From contig JASCQW010000098.1 of assembly GCA_030264375.1 (NCBI GenBank), forward strand, positions 63,890,362-63,954,361: a stretch of 64,000 bases of DNA, written 5' to 3'. A model generated the notes under the pieces. It saw nothing but the letters and a program-made list of their open reading frames with translations, had not been told where the DNA came from and searched no databases. Source of the stretch: Carcharhinus longimanus. Lineage: Eukaryota. Below are positions 36,851 to 50,310 of this stretch, piece by piece. Within the stretch, counting starts at the first letter, position 1; every line of letters starts with the position of its first letter. Made by a program: the position numbers and the translations under genes.

Positions 36851-37548
36851 GGCCTGATATTGCCATCAAGTTGCGTCTGTTTTTGGGTGCGAAAACTTGG
36901 TCAAGTCGGGCGTGAGGCGAAGGCCTAGAATGGCTGCCGTTGGGCTCAATGTCAATTTAAATGCATTTGCCTCCATTTAAATTGACTTAATGGGCTACAT
37001 GCTCAAACTTACCGGCACTTCCCCCTTTACCACCACATTCACCCATCCAGATTCAGTGAGAAACAGATTTGGGCTGCAAAGGTCTGATTTTGGTGCTCCA
37101 GCTTCTGAGAAGGTAAGTTCAGAGCTTCCGCGACTCTCTGACTCAGATTGGAGGGAGGGGGTAGGTGGCATGGAGGCAGGTCAGATGTCAGATGGCTCTC
37201 TTGTGGGAGGAAGGCATTGTCTGGTTGGGGGTGGTGGAGGGAGGTGTGTCAGATGGCTCTCTGGTGGGACGGGGGGCAGGGGGTGTCCGCTGCCACTCTG
37301 CGTGTGATCATTGGGCGGAAAGGGGAGCTAGGGTCTGTGATCGGGGAGGTGGAGGATAAGGGGGTCCGTTATGTTGTGGGAGTGGGGCAATATCTGTGGG
37401 GTCAGGGAGGAGGCATTATCCAGCCTGGGAGTGATGTGGCAGGGGAGCATTTCTCAATTATTTTTACTGCGCATGCACTGTTGGAGGATCTGATCAGAGC
37501 TGCAGGATTCTGGGTGCGTTAAGCCCCACCCACAAGCTTCTGCAGCAC
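36850..37548. mobile_element. GC-rich non-autonomous DNA transposon-like segment
   Basis: Begins GGGCCTGATATT; G-rich interior with an internal duplication GTCAGATGGCTCTCT (about 37187 and 37248); style resembles 9294-9980. Confidence 0.4.
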
Positions 37549-37549
37549 G

Positions 37550-37646
37550 ATGATTGTTGGACCCTTAGGGGATGAGAGGGGGGACTTAGTGGTAGGGGAT
37601 GGGGAAATGGCTGAGGCCTTGAATAACTTTTTTGTTTCGGTCTTCA
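37550..37646 (+). mobile_element. Young CR1 ORF2 fragment running into a gap
   Basis: IVGPLGDERGDLVVGDGEMAEALNNFFVSVF, the CR1 linker upstream of RT. Confidence 0.85.
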
Positions 37647-38677
37647 NNNNNNNNNNNNNNNNNNNNNNNNNNNNNNNNNNNNNNNNNNNNNNNNNNNNNN
37701 NNNNNNNNNNNNNNNNNNNNNNNNNNNNNNNNNNNNNNNNNNNNNNNNNNNNNNNNNNNNNNNNNNNNNNNNNNNNNNNNNNNNNNNNNNNNNNNNNNNN
37801 NNNNNNNNNNNNNNNNNNNNNNNNNNNNNNNNNNNNNNNNNNNNNNNNNNNNNNNNNNNNNNNNNNNNNNNNNNNNNNNNNNNNNNNNNNNNNNNNNNNN
37901 NNNNNNNNNNNNNNNNNNNNNNNNNNNNNNNNNNNNNNNNNNNNNNNNNNNNNNNNNNNNNNNNNNNNNNNNNNNNNNNNNNNNNNNNNNNNNNNNNNNN
38001 NNNNNNNNNNNNNNNNNNNNNNNNNNNNNNNNNNNNNNNNNNNNNNNNNNNNNNNNNNNNNNNNNNNNNNNNNNNNNNNNNNNNNNNNNNNNNNNNNNNN
38101 NNNNNNNNNNNNNNNNNNNNNNNNNNNNNNNNNNNNNNNNNNNNNNNNNNNNNNNNNNNNNNNNNNNNNNNNNNNNNNNNNNNNNNNNNNNNNNNNNNNN
38201 NNNNNNNNNNNNNNNNNNNNNNNNNNNNNNNNNNNNNNNNNNNNNNNNNNNNNNNNNNNNNNNNNNNNNNNNNNNNNNNNNNNNNNNNNNNNNNNNNNNN
38301 NNNNNNNNNNNNNNNNNNNNNNNNNNNNNNNNNNNNNNNNNNNNNNNNNNNNNNNNNNNNNNNNNNNNNNNNNNNNNNNNNNNNNNNNNNNNNNNNNNNN
38401 NNNNNNNNNNNNNNNNNNNNNNNNNNNNNNNNNNNNNNNNNNNNNNNNNNNNNNNNNNNNNNNNNNNNNNNNNNNNNNNNNNNNNNNNNNNNNNNNNNNN
38501 NNNNNNNNNNNNNNNNNNNNNNNTTATTTCCTCTTTTACCATTACCTGCACAGCAACGATTGGTAAAGATTCCTACACCCCTTCCCGGTTCAAAATCTCC
38601 CCAGCAGCATGGGAATTGGTCCCAGCTCTAACTATGTGCAATCTGTCCGATCTGTACAGGTCTTATCTCCCCAGAGC

Positions 38678-38935
38678 TGGTCCCACATAGCAGCACGGTG
38701 CCTCACAATGTCAGGAACCCAGGTTCGATTCCCAGCTATGTGGAGTCTGTACATTCTCCCCGTGTCTATGTGGGTTTCCTCCAGTTGTTCTAGTTTCCTC
38801 CCACAGTCCAAAGACTTGGTGGTTAGATGTATTGGCCATGCTAAATTCTCCCTCAGTGTGCCCGAACAGGTGCTGAAGTGTGGTGACTTCATTGTAATGT
38901 GAACCTACTCATGACACTAATAAATAAACTTCAAA
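38678..38935 (+). mobile_element. HE1-related SINE with an alternative tail
   Basis: B box GGTTCGATTCC, core GTGGGTTTCCTCC..TTTCCTCCCACAGTCCAAAGA, tail GACACTAATAAATAAACTT. Confidence 0.88.
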
Positions 38936-38954
38936 CAATGTCCCAGGAATCCTG

Positions 38955-39600
38955 CACCAGCTTTCCAGCTGCAGAACTCCCAGTTTCTGACCTGCCCTTG
39001 TAGCCACAGTATTTATATGGCTGGCCCAGATAAGTTTATGGTCAATGGTAGCCCTCCCAGGAAGTTGTTGATGGGGGATATGGTGACAGTAATGTGATTG
39101 AATGTCAAGGGAAGGTTTAGATACTCTCTTGTCAGAGATGGTCATTGCTTGCCCCTTGTGCACGGATGCAGGAAGGATATTCTTGACGGTTGAGATGTCC
39201 AAAACCAGGGATCATAATCTAAGGGTGAGGGTAAATCTTTTAAGACTGAGATGAGATAAAACTTCTTCACCCAGAGAATGGTAAGTCTGTGGAATTCATT
39301 ACCACAGAAAGTAGTTGAGGCTAAAATGTTGTATGTTTTCAAGATGGAATTAGATATAGCTCTTGGTGCAAAGGGAAACAAAGGATATGGGGGTGGAGGG
39401 GGTGAAGGTGGGATCCGGTTATTGAGTTGGATGATCAACTATGACCATAATGAATGTCGGAGCAGGCTTGGACCAAACGGCCTACTCCTGCTCCTATTTT
39501 CTATGTTTTCTATGTGTGTCATTTGCCACTTGTCAGACTAAGCCAGAATGATGCCCAAGTCTTGTTGCATGTTGATATAGACTGCTTTGGTATCTTGAGC
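38955..39600 (-). mobile_element. CR1-superclade LINE fragment (4650 family) split by a CR1 insertion
   Basis: IDHKLIWASHINTVATRAGQKLGVL matches 5330-5410; the element resumes after 39515. Confidence 0.8.
39165..39515 (+). mobile_element. CR1 3' end
   Basis: NFFTQRMVSLWNSLPQKVVEAKMLYVFKMELDIAL plus tail CCTACTCCTGCTCCTATTTTCTATGTTTTCTATG. Confidence 0.9.
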
Positions 39601-39941
39601 AGTTGCATTTTGCATTTTTTCCTTGCCATAGTTTCAGAAGCACCAAAAATTATCACCTTTTGTTCACGTTCGATTATCTTTTAGATCTGCCGCTACGTCC
39701 GTGCTGTCCCCAGAGGAGCTCTGTAAGGCAATAAGACATTTTATACTTCTTACCGTGGAACAGCTTACCATGCTTTTGCCACACTTCGTATTGTTTATTA
39801 TGAAGATGTAATGTATGAAGGCAAGTTTTAGAAAAAAAAAATTGGCTTTCAACAGTTGAAATCCTAAAGTGAGAATGAACCAGGAAGTTTGTTTTCATTT
39901 AACACTCATTGAGTAGCAAAGGAATACAAAATTGAAGTCAT

Positions 39942-40078
39942 GGGCTGGAATTTTCCTTCCGTTCACACCCTGCAGCCGTTGCAGTCGAGGGCAGAGATTT
40001 TGGCGCTCAGCCAAATCTCCATTCACTACAACAGGACCAGAGGATCCCACCAGGGTGAAAGACTGGGAAATTCCAGCC
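39942..40078. mobile_element. About 137-bp MITE
   Basis: TIRs GGCTGGAATTTTCC and GGGAAATTCCAGCC. Confidence 0.75.
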
Positions 40079-40884
40079 ATGCTGTCCTGAGACAAGAGAA
40101 TAGGAAATGGGAAAAAAGGCACAATTTTCAGTTAGGCAGCGGCATGATGTAGTTACTCCCAATAGTATGTTATATTTAGAACTGGGTGCAAATGTAAAAT
40201 TGGCTGAGGTACTGAAATTATTGAGCTTGCCAAGTTGATGTCTGCACCCATTACTTAGTGTCTGTGCTTCTTTCCTGCTAACAAGGGTTAGAAGGAAGCA
40301 ATGAAACCAATGTTTGGTTTTCAGTTAGATATGTTTAAAAGATGTCTCTGTTTTAACATACTGGACAAAATCACAAGTCATCACATCAGCACAAGCGGAA
40401 TAAAGTTTGTAATGTGTTCAGATTTTTAAGAAGTTAATCTCTTACTAATTCACATTATAGCAAATTGATATTATATAATTAAATATTAAGGGTATTCCTG
40501 CACACTGCAGAGAATAGTCCAACCACTTATTTATAGCAAAGCATCAAGGATGTAGATACTTTTAAAAATGTGATTACGTTACAGCTTGTAAAATTAATCA
40601 ATAATGCAATCAAATGTTAATGTTTTCCACTGAAATGTTAACTGTCCATTTACTTTAATTGGTGGGAGTTAGATGTTCATTCACAATGTCACAGAAAGCC
40701 AACATAGATTGTATTTTCAATAATCCATGTTGTTAGAGCTGCCATTTTGCTCTGTATTTACTGGAGAGATGGAGCCTTTTGCAGGAAACCTATTTCTCAG
40801 ATACTTGGGCACTTATACAACTATGGAGAATAATTTCTGACAGCAGAATTGACGAGGTAGCTTTTATCATGACAGATTGAATTA

Positions 40885-40997
40885 ATGATCTTTTATTTAA
40901 GAAATCTAGAATTGCAGTTAAAATTATTTTCACCTGTTTATGGTCTTTTATTTAGGAAATCTGAAATTACAGTTAAAATTATTTTCACCTGTTTATG
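40885..40997. repeat. 55-bp tandem duplication (2 copies)
   Basis: ATG.TCTTTTATTTA.GAAATCT..AATT.CAGTTAAAATTATTTTCACCTGTTT starts at 40885 and again at 40940. Confidence 0.95.
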
Positions 40998-41931
40998 CTG
41001 AACCTTTTCAAGGGACTGATGCACAGGGTAGATTTTCTAAGTCTTTATCCACGGTAAGGAACTTTACAGACTTTGTTGGAAATCGTAGAAAACTAGCCAT
41101 CGGCCTGGTCAGGGCTATGTAAGAGAATCCAAAAATTCAGACATTCCTCATGAATGATGAGGGACAGATAACACAAAGTGGAAGTGATTAGACTGGTCTC
41201 TGACTGCGATGGTAAAATGTGCATGTCAGGTTGATAAATTAATTTGAAATTGCTTTGTGAACTTGATTTCTAAAGTGACTGTTTTTTGCTCCGGTCATCA
41301 CACTCCAATCAGCAACTGATGGGGTTACAAGATGTTTCCAGCTTTCTGCAGTGTAGCAGGAAAGGGAGAGGAGATGGCAGGTATTTTGTTTTGTTCCTCC
41401 TCTTGGAGAGGTGCTTGGCTTCTGTCCAAAATTTCCTGTTTGGACCATTTTAAACCCTTTTTTTTAGAGATTGCTCTGCCTCTTGTTTTCATGTTGCTCT
41501 GGGGAAAATCCCAACATAAGTGCCTTATCTTTGCCTTGAAATTTGAGAGTTTTTTTCAGCAACATGCACTGGAAACTTCTGAATGAGAAGTAAAACTTAG
41601 AGGGATGACTGCCAGCTTGCAATCATCTATTTTAAATCACACAAAGTATCTCAGAGTTTTATGGGGACAGATGCCGCTTTCCTTTCTCAAAATCTTCATG
41701 TATTTGTTATATTAGAAACTCGTTGTTTCTGGGATTGTAGACACAATCTTATTACATCATGGGACACTGTGCTGATATGTCAATCTCTTGTGTTACACAT
41801 AAAATGATTACTGTAATACCTGCGTGGACTTGTGACCAAAGTAAAACCTTTTCTTCAAGTTACCAGCAGCAGATGATGCTACATCAGTTAGTCTCCACTT
41901 TCCATTCTTAAGCTCCTGTCAAAAAAGTTGC

Positions 41932-42920
41932 GTACAGAAGAATTGGGAGCAGCAGTAGGTTACTCAGCCCCTTGGGCTGGCTCTGCTACTCCGTAATATC
42001 ATGGCTGATCTGATAGTAACATCAACTCCACATTCCCTTCTGTCTTAAAAATGTTCAAAGACTGTCTTGCACTGCCTTTTGAGGGAGAGAGTTCCAAAGA
42101 CTCTCAATTCTCAGAGAAAACAATTCCCGTCTTAAGCGGACGACCGCTTATTTTTAAACGGTGACCCTAGTTTGCTCCCACAAGAGCAAACATCCTTCCA
42201 CATCCACCCTGTCAAGACCTCTCAGGATCTTGAAGGTTTCAATCAAGTTGTCTCCTCATGAGGCGATCCTCCCATTCCAGGTATTAGTCTAATAAATCTT
42301 CTCTGAACTGCTTCCAATGCATTTCCCCATCCTTCTTTAAATAAGGAGCCAAAGACAGTACACAGTACTCCAGATACGGTCTCACCAATGCCCTGTATAA
42401 ATGAAGCATAACTTGCTACTTTTGTAATCAATTCTTCTTGCAATAAAAGATAACATTCTATTCAGTTTATCTAATTTACTTGTTGTATCAGCATACTAAT
42501 CTTTTGTGATTCAGGCATGGAATACCTAGATCTGCATTTCAGAGTTCTGCAATCTCTCACCATTTAGATAATACGCTTGTTTATTCTTCCTGCCAAAATG
42601 GACGATTTCTCATTTTTCCACTTTACATTCCATTTGCCAGATCTTTGCCAACTCATTTAACCTATCTAATTCTCTTTGTATCCTCCTTATGTCCTCTTCA
42701 CAACTTGCTTTCCTACTTATCTTTGTGTTACTGGAAATTTAGCAAGCAAACCTTCAATCCTTCCTTCAAGTCATTTATATACATTGTAAAAGGTTGAGAC
42801 CCCAGCACTGGTCCCTGTGGCACACAATTCGTTACATCTTGCCAACCAGAAAGTGACCGATTTATGCCCACTCTTTATTTTGTGTGAGCTAGCCGATCTT
42901 CAATCCACGCCAATATGTAA
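41932..42920 (-). mobile_element. CR1 LINE 3' fragment (about 1 kb)
   Basis: NALEAVQRRFIRLIPGMGG; VPQG.VLG motif at 42800-42825 on the minus strand; 3' UTR at 41935-42030. Confidence 0.9.
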
Positions 42921-44654
42921 TTATTTTTTAAAGTCAAATTTAACATGCAACTCAAATGCTTTTGAAAGTTTATCTGATATGATTTTACAATACCAGCCAT
43001 AACTCCAGTATAAATTCTGTAATATTTTTGAGTGTTGTCTCACCTTTCCAAAACTGGTTTGTGTTCTGGTTGCTGATGAGCACTGAATTTAGGATCAGCC
43101 CCACACCCTACAAGTTAAAATGAACTAAAGCGAGAATGGATGCTAGAGGATCATTTTACTGAAGTTGAAATCAGCAAATGCACCTGGAATTCCACATTGG
43201 CAGTGACCAGCTTCAGACCATGATCTGAAATCTGAAGGTGCTTGGAATTCCAATGTTCACTGCTCAGTAAACAGATACAGTCGGCGCTTCTCAATTCCAC
43301 GTGTTTAAAAATGTTACTGCTGCCTTCTGCAAACAGTGAGTTTATGATGCTGCCTGCGGCATAGTGGAGTGGGTTTTAACAATGCTATGATCGGAATTAC
43401 AAATATATAAGTATTTTTGATGCATCAGTGAACAGCCTTTCAATTTTGACCTCCAGCAACTGCAACCATCTTCCTTCAGTGCTAGGGGAGAGTATTGCTC
43501 AAATTTCTGGTGGATCCAAGGTGGGAGGTCAGCCAGGGGAGCATTGGAAAATGAAAACCTCGGGGTAACATAATGAGCCTTTAAACAGCAGCACAAGATT
43601 CAAAAAATTGTGTTTGTGATGAAACTATTGAAACTTGAACCTTTTTTGAAATACAGGCAGAGTCTGCTTTTTAACTTAAAAGTCAACTTTCTCAGTAGCA
43701 CAATCATTTAAAATACCTGGTTAATGTTTACAATGTGAAAACAGCTTTGTCAGGCTTTGCATACTGTGCATAATTAGCTATTAAACCAGCAGAAAATCTT
43801 AAATTAATGATTGAAGGCAGGCATGTTTTTTCTCATAATGTGTGCTATTCTTTATGACGTAAAGAAATCTTTAATTTACAGCATAATATATTGGCTTATA
43901 GTTACTGGAGTCTTTCAAATCTGACTATGAAATTTAAACTGTTCCTTGAATTGCAACACAAGAGTGCAATTTGTAGTCAAAAAATTCCTGTCTTAAAAGT
44001 AAGTTTTAGCCATTTGTTTGTTGTAGGGATGATCACATAGAGCATGGGGACTGCTTTTCTAACTTGAATGGTTTTAGTTCAGAAAATGCCAGAGAAGGAT
44101 TCTCATAAATAATTGACCTAGAAAGAAGGGAGGGAGCTGTTGAAATTGCAAGAGTTCCTTCTGAGTTTGATGATCCAACTCCTTTTTAAATAACTTGAGA
44201 CACAAATTGGACAATTACAATGAAAAACAGCCAAAGTTCCAGCTGTTACAGCAAATGTCTTTTATTTTCTGTTTTGAAATATGTTTGGTAAGAAAGCCTT
44301 TTATCAGACTAGACTGAATTATTATTACAAGCATTGAGTAATTCAGTTGCGTTTAATCTGTTGGAATTGTTTGGTTAAATTTCATTGTGGAGAGTGCAAC
44401 GGGCTTGGGTGTAGGTAAAGGTTTTAAACTAGTAAAATTAATGAGGGCATTAAGAAACTGGCTTCAGTCTGCCAGCGTCTCCAGTTTTTTATTTTGGGGG
44501 TTTGCCCACAACTCCCTCAGGAGAGACAAGTTATCCATTTTCACATGTTAATTGCTCAATTAGAATGATAGTTATACATTGTTTTCATTTTAACACCAAG
44601 TCCATGGGTTGTCCAAATTTGCTAAAACTCACCAGTGAATTCAAAGCGAGTATG

Positions 44655-45030
44655 TCTCAAACAACTGGCTGCAACTTGACACCTGCTAGGTTCCACTCTC
44701 CCATCATTATCATGCTTTCTGACCTACACTGCTTCCTTGTCCCTAAATGTATCAAATGTGAAGTCATTGGCTTATCTTTAAGTCTGTCTATGGTCTCACC
44801 ACCTGTATCTTTGCAACCTCTTTCTATCTCACATCTTCTGCTTTCCCAAATCTGACCTTTCATGCATCTCCTACGCTCTATACAATTTAGTGTTAGAGCC
44901 TTCAACGATCCTGATTGTACTCTCTCCTTCAATTTTCTCTGTTTTTAAAGGCCTCATTAAAACCTCTTCTCCATTCCCTACACCATTTGCTGCTTAATGA
45001 AATGTTTGAAAATGCACTTTATTAATGGAA
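44655..45030 (+). mobile_element. L2 LINE 3' fragment
   Basis: HSPIIIMLSDLHCFLVPKCIKCEV resembles the L2 motif SPITP.L.DLHWLPV..RI.FK; L2-like tail. Confidence 0.7.
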
Positions 45031-48000
45031 ATGATTGTTTCCTTTGTTGAAACAAAATTGACCAGTTGCTTCACAGCCTGTAGCGGTTTTTTCAGAGGCT
45101 AAGTATTGAGCTTAACTTTAGCTAATACAAAGACTCGCAACACAGTATCCTGGTGAAAGATGTTTCTTTACTGACCACTGCACGCTGAGAGAGAAGGGCT
45201 GGACAATGCAACTCTTCTCTGAAGTTGTATCACAGTGACAATACAATTATACAAGACATTTTACCTGTCTTCTAACTCATCATGAGCAAATCATCATTAA
45301 TAAATGTCATATACCTTAGTCAATTACAGATATTCCTAGACAGCATGGGAACAATAAGTTTTAGCAGTTTCTGCCTGACTTTCCCATGGCCACCTGTCCT
45401 GGACTCTTATCTGGCTGATTCATTAAGTTCTCTGGAGCCACTAGCTTGTCCTTGCTCAATGAATATCTTATTTACTGAGCTGCCTGGTACCCATGCTGAT
45501 AAGAGCTATGCTTCTATGGATGTATTGTTATAAGGAATGTGGTTCACTTTACTGGCCTATTTCCTATGATGCCCTGAAACCCTGTGCCATTGGCCAAGAT
45601 GTATGCCTGTTCAATAACACACTTTCAAAAATATATGTTTAAAATCTCTAACTGTGGTTATATATGTTTCTCTGCAAACAGTATCTCTGTAAGATAAGGT
45701 TGTCTGTGATTCTTACCCTAAGTTAATCCACTCAGTTCTAATAGTCATTATTAGTATTTTAAATCCCAGAGTATTTTGAAGTTCTCAAGCATAGCCCTCT
45801 CTCTGGTCCCATCACTTATTCATGAAAAGTTAAAATGGCGATTGAAGCTGGCAGACAATGGCACAGTCTCATAGTGTGCCCATCCATTTTGTGGACACTT
45901 CAGCTTGCATTGCATCACACAACATACTACTGCCACCAGTTTGCAGGAGTTTAGATCTAAGTACTCCACCGGAAATTTATACGGAAATGCTTCTCCCCCA
46001 GCATAAGTTATAATATCTGTATGGAACATTTTATTCTAGAATTAAAAACTTAGTTGTATGTCAAGTGGATATGTGCAGAGTCCTTAAATGGAGGCATTGG
46101 ACAACATTATGAACTACTGTTCCACAATACTTGCATCTGATGCAGTTGTATTACTGTATATTTAGTGGAATGGAGATGAACCTCTCTTAGAGTGCCTTTC
46201 ATTTGTCCTCTATTTAGCATAAAACCCATTGAAATTTCCGCTGTAAATGGTTATGGATAAGTAGTTTTAAAATAAATTCTCAGTGTTGTAATCCTTGGCC
46301 ATTAACTATTGTGTGGTGTTTATAAATCTCTCAGGAATGCCATTTACGATATGCTAATAGTAGCTCTTGTGACTAGTTAGGGTACATGCTTTAATTAATC
46401 TCTGCACTAGTACTGAATCCATAAGCCACCAGCGGCAATTTCAGAATAATGATGGTGATTTTCAAAAGATACTTGTAACACTGCAGTGATTCCCATGTAG
46501 ACTGTGATAACCAGTGGATAATTATTTACTATATCATCTGTGGCATGAGCAGTTTGTGCTGGCAGCTCACATTGAATCTGTGTGACCATTCTCCTTATTC
46601 TCGGGCTGCCAAGCAAAGTTTGACAGTTGAATATTGGCATGACTCACTCCATGAAACCACTGGCCTGGCACCAGTCTAACAAACTACTCGCATGTCAGAT
46701 TGTACAGGGAAAATATTAACCTCCACTAGGACTGTAGTCTGAATGTCAAACAACCTGTTCTATCAATTACCTTGCTGTATATTATACGCTTTGTATATTT
46801 GTTCAGTTGTCCACCAACCCCTCACCCCTATCTCCTAAGTCCTTAGTTTGTTCATGCTTCTACAAATATAACAAATTCTTTGACATTATATTTGTATTAC
46901 ATGGTGCATCTTACAGAGCACTATCGTGTGTTGATAAAATGTTGAAGTAATTTGGCAGCTATGATCTGGATAGTATGATCAGTCACAGTACAGTATTTTT
47001 TGGTATTAGTGATACCCTTCTTTGCTCAGACATGTAACCTACTGTATTCAGAGAAGTTATTGTATTGCACGCGACTCCTCATTCTGTGCGGTCCCTGTTG
47101 TAACAGTTGACTTACCAACCCCTCACAAGGATGAATCTACTATGCTCAAAACCATTCGGAAAACCTGGGCATAAATATTTTTATTTTGGGTGAATTTTCT
47201 TCCTCCTTTCCAATTTTCCTGTATTTATTTTTATCCTTTCTGCTATTCAACTCATCAGAAAAACTGATGATAAACTCATGGGTTCAAATGCTGAATTACC
47301 CAGACTGCCATTAGCCCTTCTGTTTTTCAACAGTTATTTCAGAGCCCACTTGATTATAAATCAGTAGAACTAATAGTCTAACAGATCTGCAATTTGGATA
47401 ACCCAACTTGTTTTGCTTTTCAAAATGCCCAGGGGTGACTAGTTAGGAACAGTCAACTGGAACAGGAATAACTTCTAAAATATTTAAAGTGGTATACAAA
47501 TAAAATCTATGGAATGGTCCCTTTAATGAAAAGTTGGATCAAGAAATAAACAGAGACAGGATACAGAGCTATTGCATCTCAGGCAGAGCAATTAGCTTTG
47601 AAGCTGCCTTTCTTTCGTTTGGAGATTTAATCCATGGAGCTTAGCGATTTGAAATGATTGTTCGTACCGTCTTCTGGTGAAGCTGGAAGGGCTCCAGCAC
47701 ATGTTTAAGCAGTGAACCTGGATCTTTGATATTAATCAGTACTAAGCCACCTTAAGTTGATGCATCCTATTAAAATGTAATGTGAATCACTAATGTGAAA
47801 CAGTTCTATGCTGTTTTTGAATTGAGACTCTGGTATCTTATGGAAATCTTATCTGGAGTCAGTCTGTGGTCCTGTGTTTGTGTGAAACATGCCTGACTGC
47901 TCTGGCAAATGATGTTTATCTTTGAGGGCACTTTGTCTTTCCTTATCGATTTTTTTTTCCATAGAATTTCCTGCACAGAACTTAAAATGTTGATAGTTAT

Positions 48001-48091
48001 CAATAACTTATCTTATCAATGTTTCAGAACCTACATATTCTTAACAATATCGAAGAATGGAGAAATGAACAATGTGAAACCGCCTGTAATA

Positions 48092-48315
48092 TGGGCAGGA
48101 TTCTTCAACACCCCTAACCTCCCATCTGTAGTGTATTTTCCGGTGACTAAGGTGGCCCACCATTGTCCGGCAGTGGGATCTTTTGGTCCTGCTGGTATAT
48201 ACTAGGCTTTGCCCACCCCACACTCTCCACCTCAAGGGAATGTGCCGAGGCGAGAGGTTGCCATTGACAGGACTGGAAGATCCCACCAGTTGGAAGGGCT
48301 GGAAAATTTCTGATC
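48092..48315. mobile_element. MITE related to 39942-40078
   Basis: Ends GGGCAGGATTCTTC and GGAAAATTTCTG; internal inverted pair GTGGGATCTTTTGGTCC / GGACTGGAAGATCCCAC. Confidence 0.6.
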
Positions 48316-48812
48316 TATTTTACACATATACAACAGTATTAAATTTAAAAAAAGTAAAACTGCACGTTTAAGGGGAAAAAATCTGTTCACCTAACAGTGC
48401 TGCACAAATTTACTTTGCTTCCTCAAAGCAGGCAGCGCCATGGACGCACTTGCTATAAATGTCATACTTTTTCACTGTTATTTCTGTAATAACCAATGTC
48501 ACATCTGACTGACACTTAAACTTGCCTATGGCTATTCATTATATTTAGTCACATTGAGTCCTCTCGGCTCCGTCTCTAAGACAACAGGCATGATAACATT
48601 CTTTTGTGTGATGGTTTGGGAATTCAAACACCATATAATACAGCATTGGAGCATGTGAACTTTCCAAAGCTGCAGAAGAGGTGTGATGGTAGACGCCTGA
48701 ATATTATAATATTTCATTTTCCTCTCCATGACCCAAAGCAAGATATCACCTCTGCATCCTTACCTACTTCATCATTCACCATTATTCTCTCATTTGGCAG
48801 CTCAGAGAAAAT

Positions 48813-48934
48813 TCACTGGGAGCTGTAGACAGTTCAGGTCTCACTGGGAGGTGGGGACAGTTCAGGTCTCACTGGGAAGTGGGGACGGTTCAGGTCTTAC
48901 TGGGAGATGGGGACGGTTCAGGTGTCACTGGGAG
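48813..48934. repeat. 28-bp minisatellite, about 4.3 copies
   Basis: Unit CACTGGGAGGTGGGGACAGTTCAGGTCT repeated with few substitutions. Confidence 0.95.
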
Positions 48935-50139
48935 AAACAGAATTCATGAGGGTGCCAGAGGATTTAGAATCTACAAATGGTGAGCCGAAGTTCTGGAAGT
49001 CTAGCCTTGACTGTAGCAAACATACACTCCGATGTCACAGATCTGGACGAGTATCATGCTGATGGAGATTTAAGGGCCATCTCAAGGCATCCAGGATACA
49101 TTTACAAGGATTATAGTGGAGTCCAAAGCCATCTTCACTCTCAATATCTGAATGGGGTCCAAGATTTTTCACCAGTACCCAAAGTAGAGCATCTAAATCT
49201 GAGCCACATCCCAGCAACTCCACCAGCAGCCTCCCACCCTCACCCCCGAGGCACTCCAAACTGGAACTGCATCAAATTTTGACAATCTGATTACTGGTTA
49301 CCAGGTATGGGAAACATTTGGAGAGATTGATGTCAGGTAACTTTGGGTGTCATCTCTCCACTTGCTGATCGCTTGATACTCCAATCCAATTGGTAAACCT
49401 ATGACACCATTCTCTCTCTAGATGACAACTCATTACTTTTTTTCAGTCGGCTTCCCCAAACACCCACTTGTGTGGCCATTAAGGCCACACTTCCCATGCA
49501 TTCACATTGGCAGTGTAGCCTGCTGGTAAATGCTTCTGGGATTTTGAGGTCTTGAGGAGAAGGGTCAACTCTGTCCTAAAATACTAATGAAACCACAATG
49601 CAGCCTGGTAGCTCTCGCCTTCAGGCATCGCTTAGCACAGCACAGGATTTAAGTAAAACTACAGAGAGGCACCAAGGGTGGTATGATGTTCAGAAGAAGC
49701 ACAGACTATAAATGTGCATAATTAAAACAATTTGTGATATAAAATCCATTGTTCCAAACTATGCTTTTTTTTGTGTTTTCAAGGTTTAGAATTCTGTAAT
49801 AGGACCCGCTTTCTTCTGTACCTCCTTATTGAAACATTGTTTATCTGTTACATTCCAAGGAAATGGCATTCATTCTTTGTAGCTTCTAGTTTAAAGTTAC
49901 TGCTTAGAAAAGGAAGACCTGAATGCATTGAGCCTTTAATGATTTCAGGAGTTCTGAAGTGTAATCAGTATTGTAACGTAAGCAAACACAGCAACAATTT
50001 TGGAATGACAAGGTTTCACAAACAACAATAATATAAAATGATGAATAATCTGTATGAATGGGTGAAGTATAAAATATTGGTCCAAAGCTTTTTCTTCTGC
50101 TCTTCTTTGAATAAAGGGCTTTCATTGCTTTTATGTCCA

Positions 50140-50310
50140 CCAGAGATTGCAGATGGGGCCATGGTGTAATGTCTTTTTCAGGCCTTCTGACAATACTGCG
50201 CACTCTCAACATTGCACTGAACGTGTCAGGTTAGATTATCTGAAGTATGGCTTGAACCCAAGACATTCTGAATCAGATGTGAGAGTACTGCCATGATGCC
50301 AAACCTGTCA
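50140..50310 (-). mobile_element. Deu-domain SINE head fragment
   Basis: GCAGATGGGGCC..CTGACAATACTGCGCACTCTCAACATTGCACTG..GGCTTGAACCCAAGACATTCTGAATCAGA..GAGAGTACT. Confidence 0.65.

Noticed and set aside
37550-38690. Long ORFs of 320-350 aa (and similar ones at 24937-25330 and 50312-51091)
   Set aside because: They consist almost entirely of X across N gaps.
42133-42150. Hairpin TAAGCGG ACGA CCGCTTA
   Set aside because: It lies inside a CR1 copy and is explained by a few substitutions from the element sequence.
47252-47270. TCATCAG AAAAA CTGATGA inverted repeat as a double hammerhead
   Set aside because: Neither arm has a correctly placed stem II, GAAA and cleavage site.
48430-48452. REST/NRSE-like CAGCGCCATGGACGC
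   Set aside because: It mismatches key positions of both half sites.
48813-48934. 28-bp repeats as a CRISPR array
   Set aside because: The units are contiguous with no unique spacers, the context is vertebrate, and there are no cas genes.
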